Virus record (IMG/VR): IMGVR_UViG_3300045988_044010
DNA from: a virus
Strand: one strand, 5' to 3'
Length of the DNA: 64,000 nucleotides
Made by a program: the position numbers and the translations under genes. Within the stretch, counting starts at the first letter, position 1. Each line of letters begins with the position of its first letter. Below are positions 1 through 13,100 of this stretch, one piece after another. A model generated the notes under the pieces. It had not been told where the DNA came from and did no database searches. It saw nothing but the letters and a program-made list of their open reading frames with translations.

Positions 1-198
1 GTAGAAAACCCAAACAAAGAAATTAACTTTGTGATTGAAGAAGCTATTGCTAAGAATATCATTAGAAAGAATAGAGCTCAATATTACTTTGGTACAGACC
101 TTATTGGTAATGGTTTGGAAGACGTAATTGCTTATTTAAAGGATAAGAAGAATAATGATATCAAGATGGCTATTTTAAATGAAATCAAGTCCAAGTAA
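1..198 (+). CDS. hypothetical protein, C-terminal end (5' part lies outside the window)
   Basis: Frame 1 is open from base 1 to TAA 196-198. The stop overlaps the next start as TAATG. Confidence 0.5.
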   Translation, partial: VENPNKEINFVIEEAIAKNIIRKNRAQYYFGTDLIGNGLEDVIAYLKDKKNNDIKMAILNEIKSK

Positions 199-896
199 TG
201 AATAACCGTACTGCACATATTTAGTTTAAAGTTATCCTAGATAAGAATGCTCAGGGAGTTGCCTATGGTGGCTCACCTGCATTCTTACCTGAGGAAATAG
301 ATATCTTTCTTAATTAGGCTCAAAATGAGATAATTAGTAATAAGATAAGTGGGAACAATGTATTAAGACAGGGTTTCGAAGGATCTCTCCAAAGTATATC
401 TGAACTGGATGCTTTAGTACGTACTGATGAGAACATCTTTGCTAACAATTCTATGTATAATGAATTCGTAATAGATGATATACATGATGGTGGTAGAAGA
501 GTAACTATATTATCTGCAGTAATTATGTTTAAAGGTTCATCTACTAATTGCTTAATAGTAGACCATGAGAATGCGAACCTATTTAAACAAACATACAACA
601 ATATACCTTGGGTTGAAGTACCTGTAGCTACATTAGAGGATAATAGAATGAAAATCTATGTAGATCCTGTAATGCAGATATCAGATAGTTTTAAACCATC
701 AAGCAATAAGTATGCAGTTAATATTACTTATATAAAGAGACCTAAACAGTTTGATTACACACAGTTAGACGAAGAATTAGATCTACCTGAAGATGTAATG
801 AATGAAGTTATCAATAGAGCTGTAGTAATAGCATTGGAAAATATTGAATCACCAAGAACATCTACTAAATTACAGTTAAACCAATTATCTGAATAA
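198..896 (+). CDS. hypothetical head-associated protein, 232 aa with TAG read-through
   Basis: ATG 198 is in frame with track ORF 453..896. The only interruptions are TAG 222-224 and 315-317. It ends at TAA and sits directly upstream of the capsid candidate. Confidence 0.6.
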
Positions 897-897
897 T

Positions 898-1563
898 ATG
901 ACTGAAAGACAATTCCAAATAGCATTTGAAAGATAGTTGAATAATATTATACCGGGTTATAATATTATGAGTAAGTTAAACTCAGACACTATATTCTACT
1001 ATATAAATAGAGCTAAAGACGAATATGTTAAACAGTTATACAGAGCGTTTTAGCTTAATCAAGAATTGTCTGATAAGTTACGTACTCTAGTAAAGACAGA
1101 TAAATATACTAGTTTTGATTTTAAAAAAGTAAATAATAGGTGGTCTACTAATTATCCTGATAATTACTTATATACTTTAGGCGAATAGGTAAGCATCAAT
1201 ATATATAATGATAGATGTCCGCAATTGGCTTCTAAATCTACAGATGTTATTGAAGCTACTATTGAAACAGTTGATAGAATATTAAGTAACAGCTTATCAG
1301 AATATCATTTACACCACAATCAAGCTAGACCAGTTAGATTATATACAGACGGTAATATCGTGTTGATAACTGATGGAAACTATGGTATAGATGAATATCA
1401 GTTAACTTACTTAAGAAGTGCTAAAGACCTAGGTAATAATCTAACGGAAGAGTACACTGAAATGCCAGTTGATACTCACCAAGAAATTATAGATGCAGCA
1501 GTAATGATGTATATACAGCAAGCTGCTTCTATGCAATAGTCAGGTAAATCTGACAAAGACTAA
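898..1563 (+). CDS. hypothetical head-associated protein, 221 aa with TAG read-through
   Basis: ATG 898 is in frame with track ORF 1225..1539. Internal stops are TAG only. The apparent stop TAG 1537-1539 is followed 8 codons later by TAA 1561-1563. Confidence 0.6.
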
Positions 1564-1662
1564 TGCGTTCATTGACGTGGAAATCTGAAATAAGGAAAGT
1601 AGAAGATGAACTAAGTTTACATGAGCGCGCATTTATGTTAAACTAAAAATAAAATTTAAATT

Positions 1663-2643
1663 ATGTTACAACACGTAGATATCGTATTGATCGGTAAAAA
1701 TATCCCTGCATCATATACTACTGCTGATGCTTTAGCTGTAGGTGATGTTGCTTTGTTCGACCAGAATAGAGCTATCTTAAAAACTGCTGCTGAAGCTGCT
1801 AACGCTACTTCATTGTATGTAGGTGTAGCTCAGAACAAAGTTAATGTAACTATGCCTGATGGTACAGTTGCTCAGAAAGCTAATATCAAATTTGGTAATG
1901 AAATCAAGAAAGATTCAAAACCTAGTGCTGTTATTGGTGAATATGTTGCTCCGGTTCAGGATAAAATTACTATTACTTTGACTGATGCAACTATCGTAGC
2001 TGGTCACAGATACGTTCTGAGAATGGTTTACAAAGATATGTATGAAGCTCCGGGTCAGTTTACTCATACTTATGAAGTATATGCTGCTAGCACAGATGCT
2101 TCTGCTTTAGCTGCTGCTATTGTTAAGAAGATCAACAAACACGCAAATCGTAGAATTAATGCTACAGTTTCTGGTGCTGTTATCACTTTGACTGCAATGG
2201 AAAAAGATGATAATGAAGGAGTTTACTCACTGTCTGAATATTCTACAGTAAGCATGGAAGCTAGTCTGTATGTTACTATTCCGGGAGCTATCCTTAGCAA
2301 CTACCCTGAAGCTATTCCGGGAGCTACTATCAATAAAGTTGAAGGTACTCCGGGTAAGGGTTACTGGAAACAAGTAAGAGATACTGAAGTACGTTTCATG
2401 GGTTACCAAGGACATGTATTTACAGGTGCTTATCCTATTGTAGAACAGCCTAGAATGGTAGAAGAAGGTGCAGAATACAACTACATCACTATCGAAAATG
2501 ACAATAAATATCTTAGTAATGATAACCAGTATATCAAGACTACTCCTCTGACAACTGAGGTTTATGTTAAGAAAGCTGAAGGTTTCACAAATTCAATCGT
2601 TGCTAAAGGTATCGAAGCTTTCATCTCAGGAGAAGCTGCTTAA
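1663..2643 (+). CDS. major capsid protein candidate (326 aa)
   Basis: Intact ORF with no TAG and a TAA stop. Codon usage is strongly biased (GCT/GGT/ACT rich), which suggests high expression. A strong terminator hairpin follows and head-type genes flank it. No family motif was verified by eye. Confidence 0.55.
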   Translation: MLQHVDIVLIGKNIPASYTTADALAVGDVALFDQNRAILKTAAEAANATSLYVGVAQNKVNVTMPDGTVAQKANIKFGNEIKKDSKPSAVIGEYVAPVQDKITITLTDATIVAGHRYVLRMVYKDMYEAPGQFTHTYEVYAASTDASALAAAIVKKINKHANRRINATVSGAVITLTAMEKDDNEGVYSLSEYSTVSMEASLYVTIPGAILSNYPEAIPGATINKVEGTPGKGYWKQVRDTEVRFMGYQGHVFTGAYPIVEQPRMVEEGAEYNYITIENDNKYLSNDNQYIKTTPLTTEVYVKKAEGFTNSIVAKGIEAFISGEAA

Positions 2644-2668
2644 TCGAATTAATTCAATCAATTATGAA

Positions 2669-2707
2669 GTGGGGCTGGTGGAGTATATCTCCCCGCTCCA
2701 CTTTTTT
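2669..2707 (+). terminator. rho-independent terminator after the capsid gene
   Basis: GTGGGGC (2669-2675) pairs with GCTCCAC (2695-2701). An inner GGAG/CTCC stem follows, then TTTTTT at 2702-2707. Confidence 0.8.
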
Positions 2708-2718
2708 ATTTTAATATT

Positions 2719-3336
2719 ATGAATAAAATATTTAATGTAACCATAAAGGATAATCTAATGGTATTCAGTGTGTATACTAATATATCTATAGTAAATACTA
2801 ATGATATAGTATTATACATTGACGAATGCCATAATATAGGTAATATATATTGCGAGAATCCAGACAATCATGATTACGTGTTGAACTATAATAACGCTAG
2901 GATATCTTATAAAGAGATTGTACGTGAAGGCGAAGAGAAGGAAGTAACAACTATATATGCATATGAAATAACAGTTGAATCTGATGTATTAACAGAGTTT
3001 GATACTAATATGAAGTATATTAAGATGTTTGTTACTACTGAGTATTACGCTAATGACTATGTAGATGGTATATACTATGATCCTAATATTCTGTACAATG
3101 CAGAAATAAAGATGCTGCGTAAATATTGTCAGACGTGTTTGGATGATAGACAGATGTAGCTTCTAATGTTAATAGTGTTTAAGAGACAATTACTAGAATA
3201 GGCTATTGCTACTGCGCATAATAAGGAAGCACTATAGTTTTACTTGGATTTATGCAAATTGTTGAACGTTAATATTAATACTAAAACTGTTAACACAGGA
3301 TGTAAAACATGTGTTAATGGAGTATGTAAATTGTGA
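2719..3336 (+). CDS. hypothetical protein with Cys-rich C-terminus, 205 aa with TAG read-through
   Basis: Track ORF 2719..3159 continues in frame through 3 TAG codons to TGA 3334-3336. The C-terminus reads GCKTCVNGVCKL. Confidence 0.6.
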
Positions 3337-3340
3337 GAAT

Positions 3341-3553
3341 ATGTGCACATGTGATGAATTAAAATAGTTCCTATATATTGCGTTAGACTATCATGGCAAT
3401 ATTGTAGTGATATCAGATTATGCTAAGTATCCCAATGCATTTGTGGATTCTAAGGATAATCAAATTACTTTTGATGCACCAGATGTTAAAGACTTTATTA
3501 AACCAGAAACAGAATTAATTTTTTAGAATGGAATATACGAAATTATTAGGTAA
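3341..3553 (+). CDS. small hypothetical protein, 70 aa with 2 TAG
   Basis: ATG 3341 to TAA 3551-3553. It overlaps the start of the fibre gene by 26 nt. There is no homology evidence. Confidence 0.35.
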
Positions 3554-6500
3554 AGTTACACTTACATGTGACGGTAAACATGATTCTTCTAAATAGTATG
3601 ATAGACTTTGTTTGGTCTATGATAACGATTATAAGTCTTTTATATCTATAAAGGAAGTACCTGTTAATATTAGCATTACCAATAAAGCATATTGGCAACC
3701 AGTAAGTGCAATATCAGCAGATGGTGAAGACATAATGGTTGATTATGATTTCAACCTTAAGTTTGCAGATAAAGAATATGTACCAAATCAGTTTAGCGGT
3801 TTGGGTAGAAAGATATTGCGTAAACGTATTGTTAACAATGTTAATTTACTTCAGTAGTCAGATATAAATAGAGCTGGTACTATTTATAGAATATAGTATG
3901 ATTATAATCTGCAAGGTCAAACAATATAGATGCCAGCTAACTGTGTATTGTTCTTTGATGGAGGTAGTATATCTAATGGTAGTATTATACTGAATAATAC
4001 TTTAGTATTACCGCAGTGTTTAGACATTGCTAAGAATATTAAATGTAATATTAGTGGTACTTATCAAAATGGTCAGATATACTATGATTCTACTTAGGAT
4101 AAACTCATGGCAGTAATAGGTCATAAGTTAGTAGACTTATCAGAGAAAGGATCAGGTAGTGGTGCTGTAAGTAATTATACTTGGATTAGATACGCTAATA
4201 ACTCTAGTGGTCTTAATATGACTATGCAGCCTCAACCAGATACTACTCATATAGGTATTGCTGAGAATCAAGCTGTAGAAACTCCTAGTTCAAATCCTGT
4301 AGATTATACTTGGATACTATTCAAAGGACCACAAGGAGAACAAGGTAAACAAGGAGAAAGAGGTATACAAGGACCTCCGGGAGAGAAAGGTGATCCGGGT
4401 AAAGATGGTGTTGACGGTCAACCGGGAGAATCAATTAAACCAAATTGGAATACATGGGTATTCAAACAATCAGAACTACAACCAAGTAAACCAAACTTCT
4501 TTGTACCTACTCCGGGAGCAGCAGGTATTGACGGTTGGTTTGATGGTCCGGGATCTACTGGTAGATGGTGGATGTCAATGGGTTTGGTAGATGGTAGTAC
4601 AGACACAGTGGCTACTTGGACGGATCCAGTACAATGTACAGGTGAAGACGGTAAGACTAATAGTTATATGGACTTCAAGTATGCTAAAAGTGCTGCTGAG
4701 ACTATTCCACCTCCATTAGATAGAACTGTGAGATTCCCAGAAGGATGGACAGATGAACCACCAACATTGATCAAAGGTGAATTCATGTGGATGATTAATG
4801 CGTTAATCGACGAAAATGGTGATCTTGTTGATAAATGGGTAGGTCCTATTAGAATTACAGGTGAATCAGGTCCTCAAGGAGAACCGGGAGAAGGATTACC
4901 CGGAGTATCTTACAAGACTGTGTTTGCATATAAATCTAGTGAAGAAGAACCTGAGAAACCAGTAGGCGGATCATGGGACTCTGAAACTAACGAGGTAGTA
5001 TACCCAGAAGGATGGCAAGGCAATGATCAGAAACTGACTCCTCCAATATGGATGTCAGATAGAACATTTACTTCTAATCCTGATATAGTAGAGGATTGGT
5101 CTACTCCAATTAAGATATCTGGTGCTGATGGTAAGCCGGGTGAAGATGGAAAAGCTGATGAATTTATCTATATACGTACTGCAACAGCTGGTGATTTAGA
5201 TAGACCTGATACTCCGCCTAGTGAACAAGTTGATGATTATGTACCTACAGAGTTAGGTTGGACTGATAATCCTAGAGGTGTAACAACTAATTATCAGGGA
5301 GAATGGGTTAGTACTAGAAGTAAGAGAAACGGTAAATGGAGTGTATTTAGTCAACCTGCCTTATGGTCTAAATGGGGAGAAAATGGTTAGGATGGAGATG
5401 GTATATAGTATATATTCTTTAGAACTGGAACAAATAATGATCCAGATAATCCTACTCCAAATAATACTAACTCTGATGCATATCAAGAAACAGGTGACTT
5501 CGAAGGAATAGAATATATTCCTGGAGGTGGTTGGTCTGATAATCCTCAAGGAGTAACTAAAGAACTTCCATACGAATGGGTATGTCAAAGAAAGTTCAGA
5601 GGAGGTAGATGGAGAGCATATACTGGACCATCATTGTGGGCTAAGTATGGTAAAGATGGTCTTGACGGTTTAGGTAGTATTGTATTAGACTTAGATAATG
5701 AAATACAGTCTGTAGCCACAGATAGCTTAGGAAATGTAATTAGTGGATTACCACTAAAGACAACCCTAAGTATGTACTATGGAACTGTGCAATTAAATCT
5801 AAGTTCATTAACTGTACGTCCTCCAGAGGGAGTTGTAGCAACAGCTGATAGACAAACAGGAGTTATTACTGTTACTTCTATTGCTAATACTACAGATACC
5901 ACAATACGTATACCTATTGATGCTAGTACAGTATATAACAATGAGTTAATGGAACGTACTACGTACCTTACTATTAACAAAATCAGACCCGGTGCAGATG
6001 GAGAAGATGCTATACTATATTCACTGATGCCTAGTGTAGATGCTATTCATGTAGATAAAAAAGGTGTATCAGACGTAACATTCATTAGTTGTGGTATTAA
6101 GAAGACTCAAGGTACTAATACTATAGAACTATCTCAATTACCTAATGGATATGCTTTTAAATACGTAATTGATGAAGACCTAGCTGAAAATTATACCATA
6201 GATCAAAATATATCTACTGCATCTATTAAGAAGAAAATAATCTTCATGCTTACTAATGGTGGTCAGTTAGTAGATAAAGAGACTATCTATAAGATTAGTG
6301 ATGGTAAAGATGGAGTAGATGGTGTAGGTGGTTTAGTTACAGACTTTGATAATGATATGATTGCTGTAGCTTGTGACTCTGAAGGTAATGTAGTAAGTGG
6401 TTTACCAGTAACATCTACAGTAAGTATGTATTATGGCACTACTAAATTAACTCTATATGAAAATCCTACACTAGGAGAAGTAACCGGAGTAACAGCTACA

Positions 6501-8981
6501 TCTTCAGTATTAGGTACTATTACTATAACTGCTATTGACAAATCAGCACCAGAGATAATAAGACTTCCTGTATCAGTAAAAGCTGTATATGAAGGTAATA
6601 CATATATAAGACAAGTTACTTTAACTATCACAAAAGTTAAACCCGGTGCGGATGGTCAAACTCCTAAGATATATCAACTAGCTCCTTCTGTTAGTGCTAT
6701 TCATGTAAATAAGAATGGTACTCCATCTGTAGCTAATGTATCATGTGGTATAAGATTGTTCGAAGGTGATTCTACTACTACTGTAGATAGTACTCCGTAT
6801 GGTTATTACTTTGCTTATAAGATTGATAATGCTAATGAGGTAAGATATTATGCTAACAATACTATTAGTACTAGTAGTATAGTTGCTTATATTACATTCT
6901 CGCTATATGATCAAAGAAATAGTAGTAATATACTTGTAGATCAAGAGACACTATATGTACTGAAAGATGGTGAGGACGGAGAATCAGGATCAGTGCCTAA
7001 TTGGAGCACATATGTATATAAGAAATCTAATTCTAGACCAGCTAAACCAACATTTAAGAACCCTAGACCGGGTACTACTGGTATAGACGGATGGTTAGAT
7101 TATCCAACTACTTCAGATGGTCAATGGTGGCAATGCGTTGGTATGGTAGATGGACCTAAAGATGAAGTACAAACATGGTCTGAGGTTATACAATTGAATG
7201 GTAGAGATGGAGAAGCTCTAGATGGTCAGCATACAGAGTTTAGATTTATGTCTATGACCAAAGGTTATTCTCCTAGCATTGCTTCTACTGTTAGAAACCC
7301 AGCAGGTTGGACTACTACTGTACCAGTAGTTAATAGTTATGAGTACTTGTGGATGTCGCATGCCGAAATATCTGCTAACGATGATTTGATTGGAGTATGG
7401 GACCAACCTGTCAGAATTAGTGGTGAAGATGGTGCTGCAGGTGAACCGGGTACTAGTTTATACACTTGGATTAAGTATTCTGATGATCAACCTACATCTG
7501 ACTCATAGATATACGACAAACCTAATATGTATACTAAGTATATAGGTTTAGCTTATAACCAAACTAGTTAGGTAGAAAGTACTCGCTATACAGACTATGA
7601 ATGGGTTAAATGGGTAGGTAATGATGGTGTAAATGGTACTAATGGATTAAGAGGAAGACTTGTATATCCAGCAGGAACTTATATTCATAGTAAAACATAT
7701 GAAGCAACTGATACTCAAGCACCGTTTGTGTTAGAAGGAGAAGCATTCTATGTAATGAATAAAACCACTACATGGAATGGTCAAAATTTAGGAATTACTC
7801 CAGAGCAAGATTGGAATTCTAATGGCGTCAATGCTACTTGGATATTGATGGATGATTTTGAAGCAGTATATACTAAGCTATTAATTGCAGATAACGGTAC
7901 ACTTGGCGACTTTGTATTCAATAAAGAGTATATGTTCAGTAAACAAGGTACTGATACACTTGGACAAGATTCAACTGATTATTAGAACTTTAATAGTACT
8001 GTTAAACCGTTTTCATTCACAGATACATCTATATGGTCATATAATTTTAAAAGTAGCAGTAGTAACTACAATGGAACTATAACAAGTGATATTATCACTG
8101 TTACTGGCAAAACATCATCTTCTACTGCATCAGATTATTTAGTATGGACTCAAAGTAGTCATAAAGATCTCCCAGAATTTAATATAAGTGTAAAAGGAGT
8201 TTCTAATAATGCTAACATATATCTCTTATATAACTATATGACAGAAGGTGGAACAAGGGACTCTATAAGAATGGATTATGATGGAACCTATGCTCTACCT
8301 AAAAGTTTTATACGAAGTGGTTCTCTAAAATATGGTTTATAGTTAGTAGTAAATCTTGCAAGTACCTATTTGAGTGAGAATGTTGTAGTTACTTTGTTGC
8401 CTAATAAATTCAATCCAAATTTCTAGGTAAATGGAGTTACTGGTGAAGTAATAATGAATAAAGCAACTGTAAAAGGAAGATTTAGTACGAATGCTGTAAT
8501 TCATAAGGTTACTTCACTTACTACCACACATTCTCTAACTATACCTAATGATTATTCTTTTAAAACTTTGTATATAGTCAGATAGAGAGACGATGTAACT
8601 GTAACCAATAATACCATAGACTTATACACAGCTTCTTTTGCAACTCCAGATCCTGAATTTTACCCAGATGAATATTAGGCAGATCAAATGGTATAGGCTT
8701 AGCTAAATATAGTAAACTTAACTAGTTATAATGTAGATATACACAAAGGACCTAGTAGACTAGATCCCGGTTTTGTATTGCCTAATTCGGGCGGTTTTGG
8801 AAGTTGTGATACTATTCGACTATACAATGGAGGTAATGTTACTATAGATTTTATATATTTTAAGAATGAGTTATACGCCATGGGTAGTTAGACTAATGAA
8901 TTAAGAGTAGTAAAAAATTCTGGAGATTTTGTGAAGACTACAATAGGAAATTATACATATGCTGTTAATAAATCATTCTAA
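3528..8981 (+). CDS. tail fibre/tailspike protein 1 with collagen-like Gly-X-Y tracts, 1817 aa with TAG read-through
   Basis: ATG 3528 follows an in-frame TAA at 3516. Track ORFs 3612, 4107, 5634 and 7728 share one frame (start coordinates divisible by 3). About 17 TAG are the only interruptions, and it ends at TAA 8979-8981. It has Gly-X-Y runs, repeated W-rich modules of about 75 aa, and an internal duplication of about 219 aa. Confidence 0.8.
4326..4430 (+). repeat. collagen-like Gly-X-Y tract in fibre 1
   Basis: The translation GPQGEQGKQGERGIQGPPGEKGDPGKDGVDGQPGE has Gly at every third residue. Confidence 0.85.
5646..6965 (+). repeat. tandem duplication of a module of about 219 aa inside fibre 1
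   Basis: GKDGLDGLGSIVLDLDNEIQSVATDSLGNVISGLP...KIRPGADGEDAILYSLMPSVDAIHVDKKG is repeated as GKDGVDGVGGLVTDFDNDMIAVACDSEGNVVSGLP...KVKPGADGQTPKIYQLAPSVSAIHVNKNG. The second copy starts near 6303. Confidence 0.7.
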
Positions 8982-8983
8982 AA

Positions 8984-9241
8984 ATGACAAACAAAGTAGA
9001 TAATAAATTAAGATATAGCGCTATCATAGACAATAGATCTGTGGTAGCAGCTATATGTATAAATGAACTAGAGTTTCTAATAACACAAACTGATTTCGTA
9101 TAGGACAGATAGATGTTACAATCTATGATTTGTGGATGTAATAGACAGATTGATACTGACAATCCGTTGAAATTAGAAACACTATGTAATATTATAGATT
9201 GTAAAGTTTGTAATTCATGTAAGACATGTAACATTTTTTAA
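8984..9241 (+). CDS. small Cys-rich protein, 85 aa with 2 TAG
   Basis: ATG 8984 lies 3 nt after the fibre stop, and the ORF ends at TAA 9239-9241. The C-terminus reads CNIIDCKVCNSCKTCNIF. The antisense track ORF 8965..9234 is its shadow. Confidence 0.5.
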
Positions 9242-9277
9242 CGTTAATAAATATTATTAATTTTAAAACTAAATATT

Positions 9278-9595
9278 ATGTTGATTGATTTTAGAAACAT
9301 TACAATTAAGAACATTGAGGGAGAAGAATCTACAGTTGATATTTCTAAAGATTTAGGAAATCTATTGTATAATTCTGCAGTAAGTCAAGAAGGTTTAGAA
9401 ATATCTAGAGAACTGTATCATAATGGTGAAATGGATGTTACTAAAGAAAATGTAGAAGTACTTAAAGGCATTATAGCTGGTAACTTCTTAGCAGTTATAC
9501 AAGAATCTTTGAACCCTATTTTTGATAAGATCATGAACACTGAAGAAATCGAAACTAGTGCAGAGGAGATTAAGGATGAACAAACAACTCGCTAA
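9278..9595 (+). CDS. hypothetical acidic protein (105 aa)
   Basis: Intact ORF with a TAA stop. Confidence 0.6.
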   Translation: MLIDFRNITIKNIEGEESTVDISKDLGNLLYNSAVSQEGLEISRELYHNGEMDVTKENVEVLKGIIAGNFLAVIQESLNPIFDKIMNTEEIETSAEEIKDEQTTR

Positions 9596-9767
9596 ATATA
9601 CTGATAGAGAATTGTTAGAGTGGATCTACTTAATGTAGATCCATATTCTATCCAAAGTAAATGAGATAGATAATGATGATAAACAGTTTGGAATGAACTT
9701 AGCTGCAGATTTATTGGGTAGTGTAGTATATGATGCTCAACCAAGAACTACAAGATATGCAAATTAA
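9576..9767 (+). CDS. small hypothetical protein, 63 aa with 1 TAG
   Basis: ATG 9576 overlaps the end of the previous ORF. It ends at TAA 9765-9767. Confidence 0.35.
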
Positions 9768-9778
9768 AAAGATATAAA

Positions 9779-10180
9779 ATGAAATACTTTACTATAAAAG
9801 AATTAACAGAATCTACTACAGCTACAGCTAAGAAATTAGATAATACTCCTACAGAGTAGGCAGAGAAGAATCTAATTACTCTAGTAGAAAAGGTACTTGA
9901 TCCACTTAGAGAATTGTATGGTAAACCTATTATAGTTAATTCAGGTTATCGCAGTCCAGAAGTAAATAAAGCAGTTAAAGGAGCTAAGACAAGTCAACAT
10001 GTATTAGGAGAGGCTGCTGATATAACAGCAGGTAGCAAAGAAGAGAATAAGAAGTTATTTGAGTTAATCAGAGATAACTTTGAGTTTGATCAACTTATTA
10101 ATGAGAATGACTACTCATGGATACATGTATCATATAGAGAAGGAAGACTTAGAAAACAAATATTAAAGCTTGGTAAATAA
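9779..10180 (+). CDS. peptidase M15 family cell-wall hydrolase (endolysin), 133 aa with 1 TAG
   Basis: ATG 9779 is in frame with track ORF 9914..10180. The motifs SGYRSPEVN, SQHVLGEAADI and WIHVSY match the zinc-binding H/D/H pattern of VanY-type and phage M15 peptidases. Confidence 0.8.
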
Positions 10181-10182
10181 AG

Positions 10183-13100
10183 ATGGTAAGATTTGTTAAT
10201 TTTAGAGCAAGTGATATATAGCCCAATCCTGATGAAGTAATGTACTGGGTTGACCTTAATACTGATCCACTTGGTGGTAGTATAAAGGTATGGAATGCAG
10301 AAGGATATTGGGAGACTATAAAAGTACTTCAAGGAACTCTACCTGAATTTGAAAACAGAATAAAGAAATGGGTAGAACAACAATTAAAGAACTTTGATGA
10401 GCATCTGAATGAAGAGATACGTCAATTTGACGGTAGGATTGCTATCATAAGTTAGGATATAGAGACATTAAAACTAACTAAATAGGATAAACTTATTGCT
10501 GGTTCAGGCATAGATATTACTGATAATGTAGTATCATGTGTACTGGATCTAACTTTATATAAGATAGTATCAGAACTGCCTACAGAAGATATTGATACTA
10601 CTAAGATATATCTAGTAGTTGATAGTGAAGGTACTCATGGTAATCTCTATAAAGAGTATATCTATGTAGATGGAGAGTGGGAACTGTTGGGCGAATATAA
10701 AGCCGATATAGATCTATCTCCTTATCTTACTAAGGTAGAAGCTGCTGATACTTATGCTACTAAACTAGAACTGCAACAAGAAGTAAATCGTGCAACACAA
10801 GCAGAGGTTACTGAGAAGAATAGAGCATTAGCTGCAGAGGAACAACTGTCTAAAGACATTGATGCAGAAAAGGATAGAGCTCTTATTGCAGAAAGAGATA
10901 ACTTCAACCGTATTATAAATGAAATTGCACGTGCAGAAGCTGCAGAAAAAGCTAATGCTAAAGCAATAGAAGATGAGGCAAAGCGTGCTATAGAAATTGA
11001 AACAGCTCTTGCTTCAGGAATGGTAGAAGAACAGAACAGAGCAATTGAAGCGGAAGAACAGTTACAAGGTGAAATATGGGCTGTAGATGCTAAAATATCT
11101 GAACAGGGTGGTTCTTTAATTGATGCTATAAATTCTAATACACAAGCTATAGCTGATGAAACTGCTAGAGCTACTCAAGCTGAAGATAATAATAGGAATC
11201 TTATTAATGCAATGGATACAGCTTATAAGGCTGCTGATACTGCAACTAACACTAAATTAGACAATGAGATTACTAGAGCTAAAGCAGCTGAGAAAACAAA
11301 TGCAGATGCTATAGTAGTAGAAGCGGATCGTAATGATGCACAAGATACTTTAATCAGCAATCTGCAATCAAGCAAAGTTTCTACTGTTAACTTAGTATAG
11401 GATCCTGATAATGAGTTACATTATACATTGATGGTAGACTCTACTAATGCTGGTGAAATAAGCATACCTAAGGATAGATTCTTAAAGCAAGCTTATTACG
11501 ATCCACAGAAGAAGAGCCTTATTTTTATATTTGTAACTGAGGATGGTGAACAAACTGTACCTGTAGATATTAGCGATCTAGTAGATACATATACTGCCGG
11601 TAATGGTTTAAGTCTAGCGAATAATAAGTTTAGCATTACTATTGATAGTACTTCTGATTCTTACTTAACTGTAGGAGCTAATGGAATCAAATTATCTGGT
11701 GTAGCAGCAGCTATTAACAAACTAGATACTGACTATAAAGCAGCAGATACTGCAACTCTTAATTCAGCTAAAGCATATACAGATACTAAAGCATCTGATA
11801 TAACTGATGCAGTTACACAACTACAATCAGATATAGAAGCTGAAGAAATCAGAGCTACAGATGCAGAGAATAGATTGGCAGGACAAATATTTGCGTTAGA
11901 CGCTGCGAAACAAGAAAGACTAGTTAGTGGTGAAACCATTAAGACTGTCAATGGTAGTTCATTACTAGGAGCTGGTAACATTGTTATTGAAGGTGGTAGT
12001 AGTGGAGGAATTGATGATGCTCCATCTGATAGTAAAGAATACGTTAGAAAGAATGCAGCATGGTCAGCATTACCTACTAGATCTGTAACTCCAGTTGCTG
12101 ATTCGTTAGTATAGAGAGACGGTTCAGGTAATCTGATAATTAATAAAGGCTCCATTAATTTCAACAATAATATGGAATGGTGGATGCAGGTTAATTCTGA
12201 TGGTAACTTCATACTTAACAGTACTGGTAATGCAAATAAGTTCTTATATCATGGAGACGAAGTAGGTACTTTAAAGAATCTTTATGTTTTGAAAGAAACA
12301 CTAATAGATACTACATCATTAGATCAATACACATACTATCCTGTAACTATAGAAATATCTTCAGCTTATAATTCTAGAATAGAAGTTCATTCAGCATTAT
12401 ATCTTTCTGGTACACCAGAATGGTCTACACATGGCAATGGATTTACTACTCATTTTATAGAAGAAGTTTATGGTAGTGGATGGGGAGCTAATTATTCTAC
12501 TCACAGAAGAATAATTGATTACCAATATAAATATACTAATAATGTACAACCTATTGGTAAAGTAAGACAGATGGGAAATTCCTCAGAAGAGGTCATTTGG
12601 GTAAGAGGGGGAGCTAAGTATTATTTTGAAACTAGTAGAAACGCTACTCCTATATTACATACCGTTGCTTACACGAATAGTAATGATACGGTGTATCCTA
12701 CAGGAGCTGCTGATATGACTAATGCCGATTATAGTACTCTTAAAAGAACTATGGTTGAAACTTCTGATACGAATGTTTCTGCTACTGGAGATTCGCTTGT
12801 AAAAAGAGATGGTAACGGTAGTATAATAAATATCAGTTATTAGACTACACAAAGAGTAAATGACGATGGAACTATATCTGTTATCTGGGTAGACAATGGA
12901 GATGGTTGGTTAAGACGAAGAACTTTATCTAGCTTTAAAACACAAATATCAGGTACAGGTCTAGATGCAGATACATTAGATGGTCAATAGGATACTGCTT
13001 ATTTAAGATATAGAAGTACTACGACAACGCATGATGATAATACACTATGGGATAAGATAGGTATTAAAGAATATTCTTCAGCTAATCCAGATCAGCTAGA

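Noticed and set aside
11733-12212. Long antisense ORFs lie opposite + strand genes: 11733..12212, 33033..33560, 29726..30058, 48611..48991, 50042..50359, 8965..9234, 40842..41096 and others.
   Set aside because: They lie fully inside well-supported + strand coding regions. Their composition is low-complexity or hydrophobic, as expected of reverse-frame shadows, and none has a recognisable motif.
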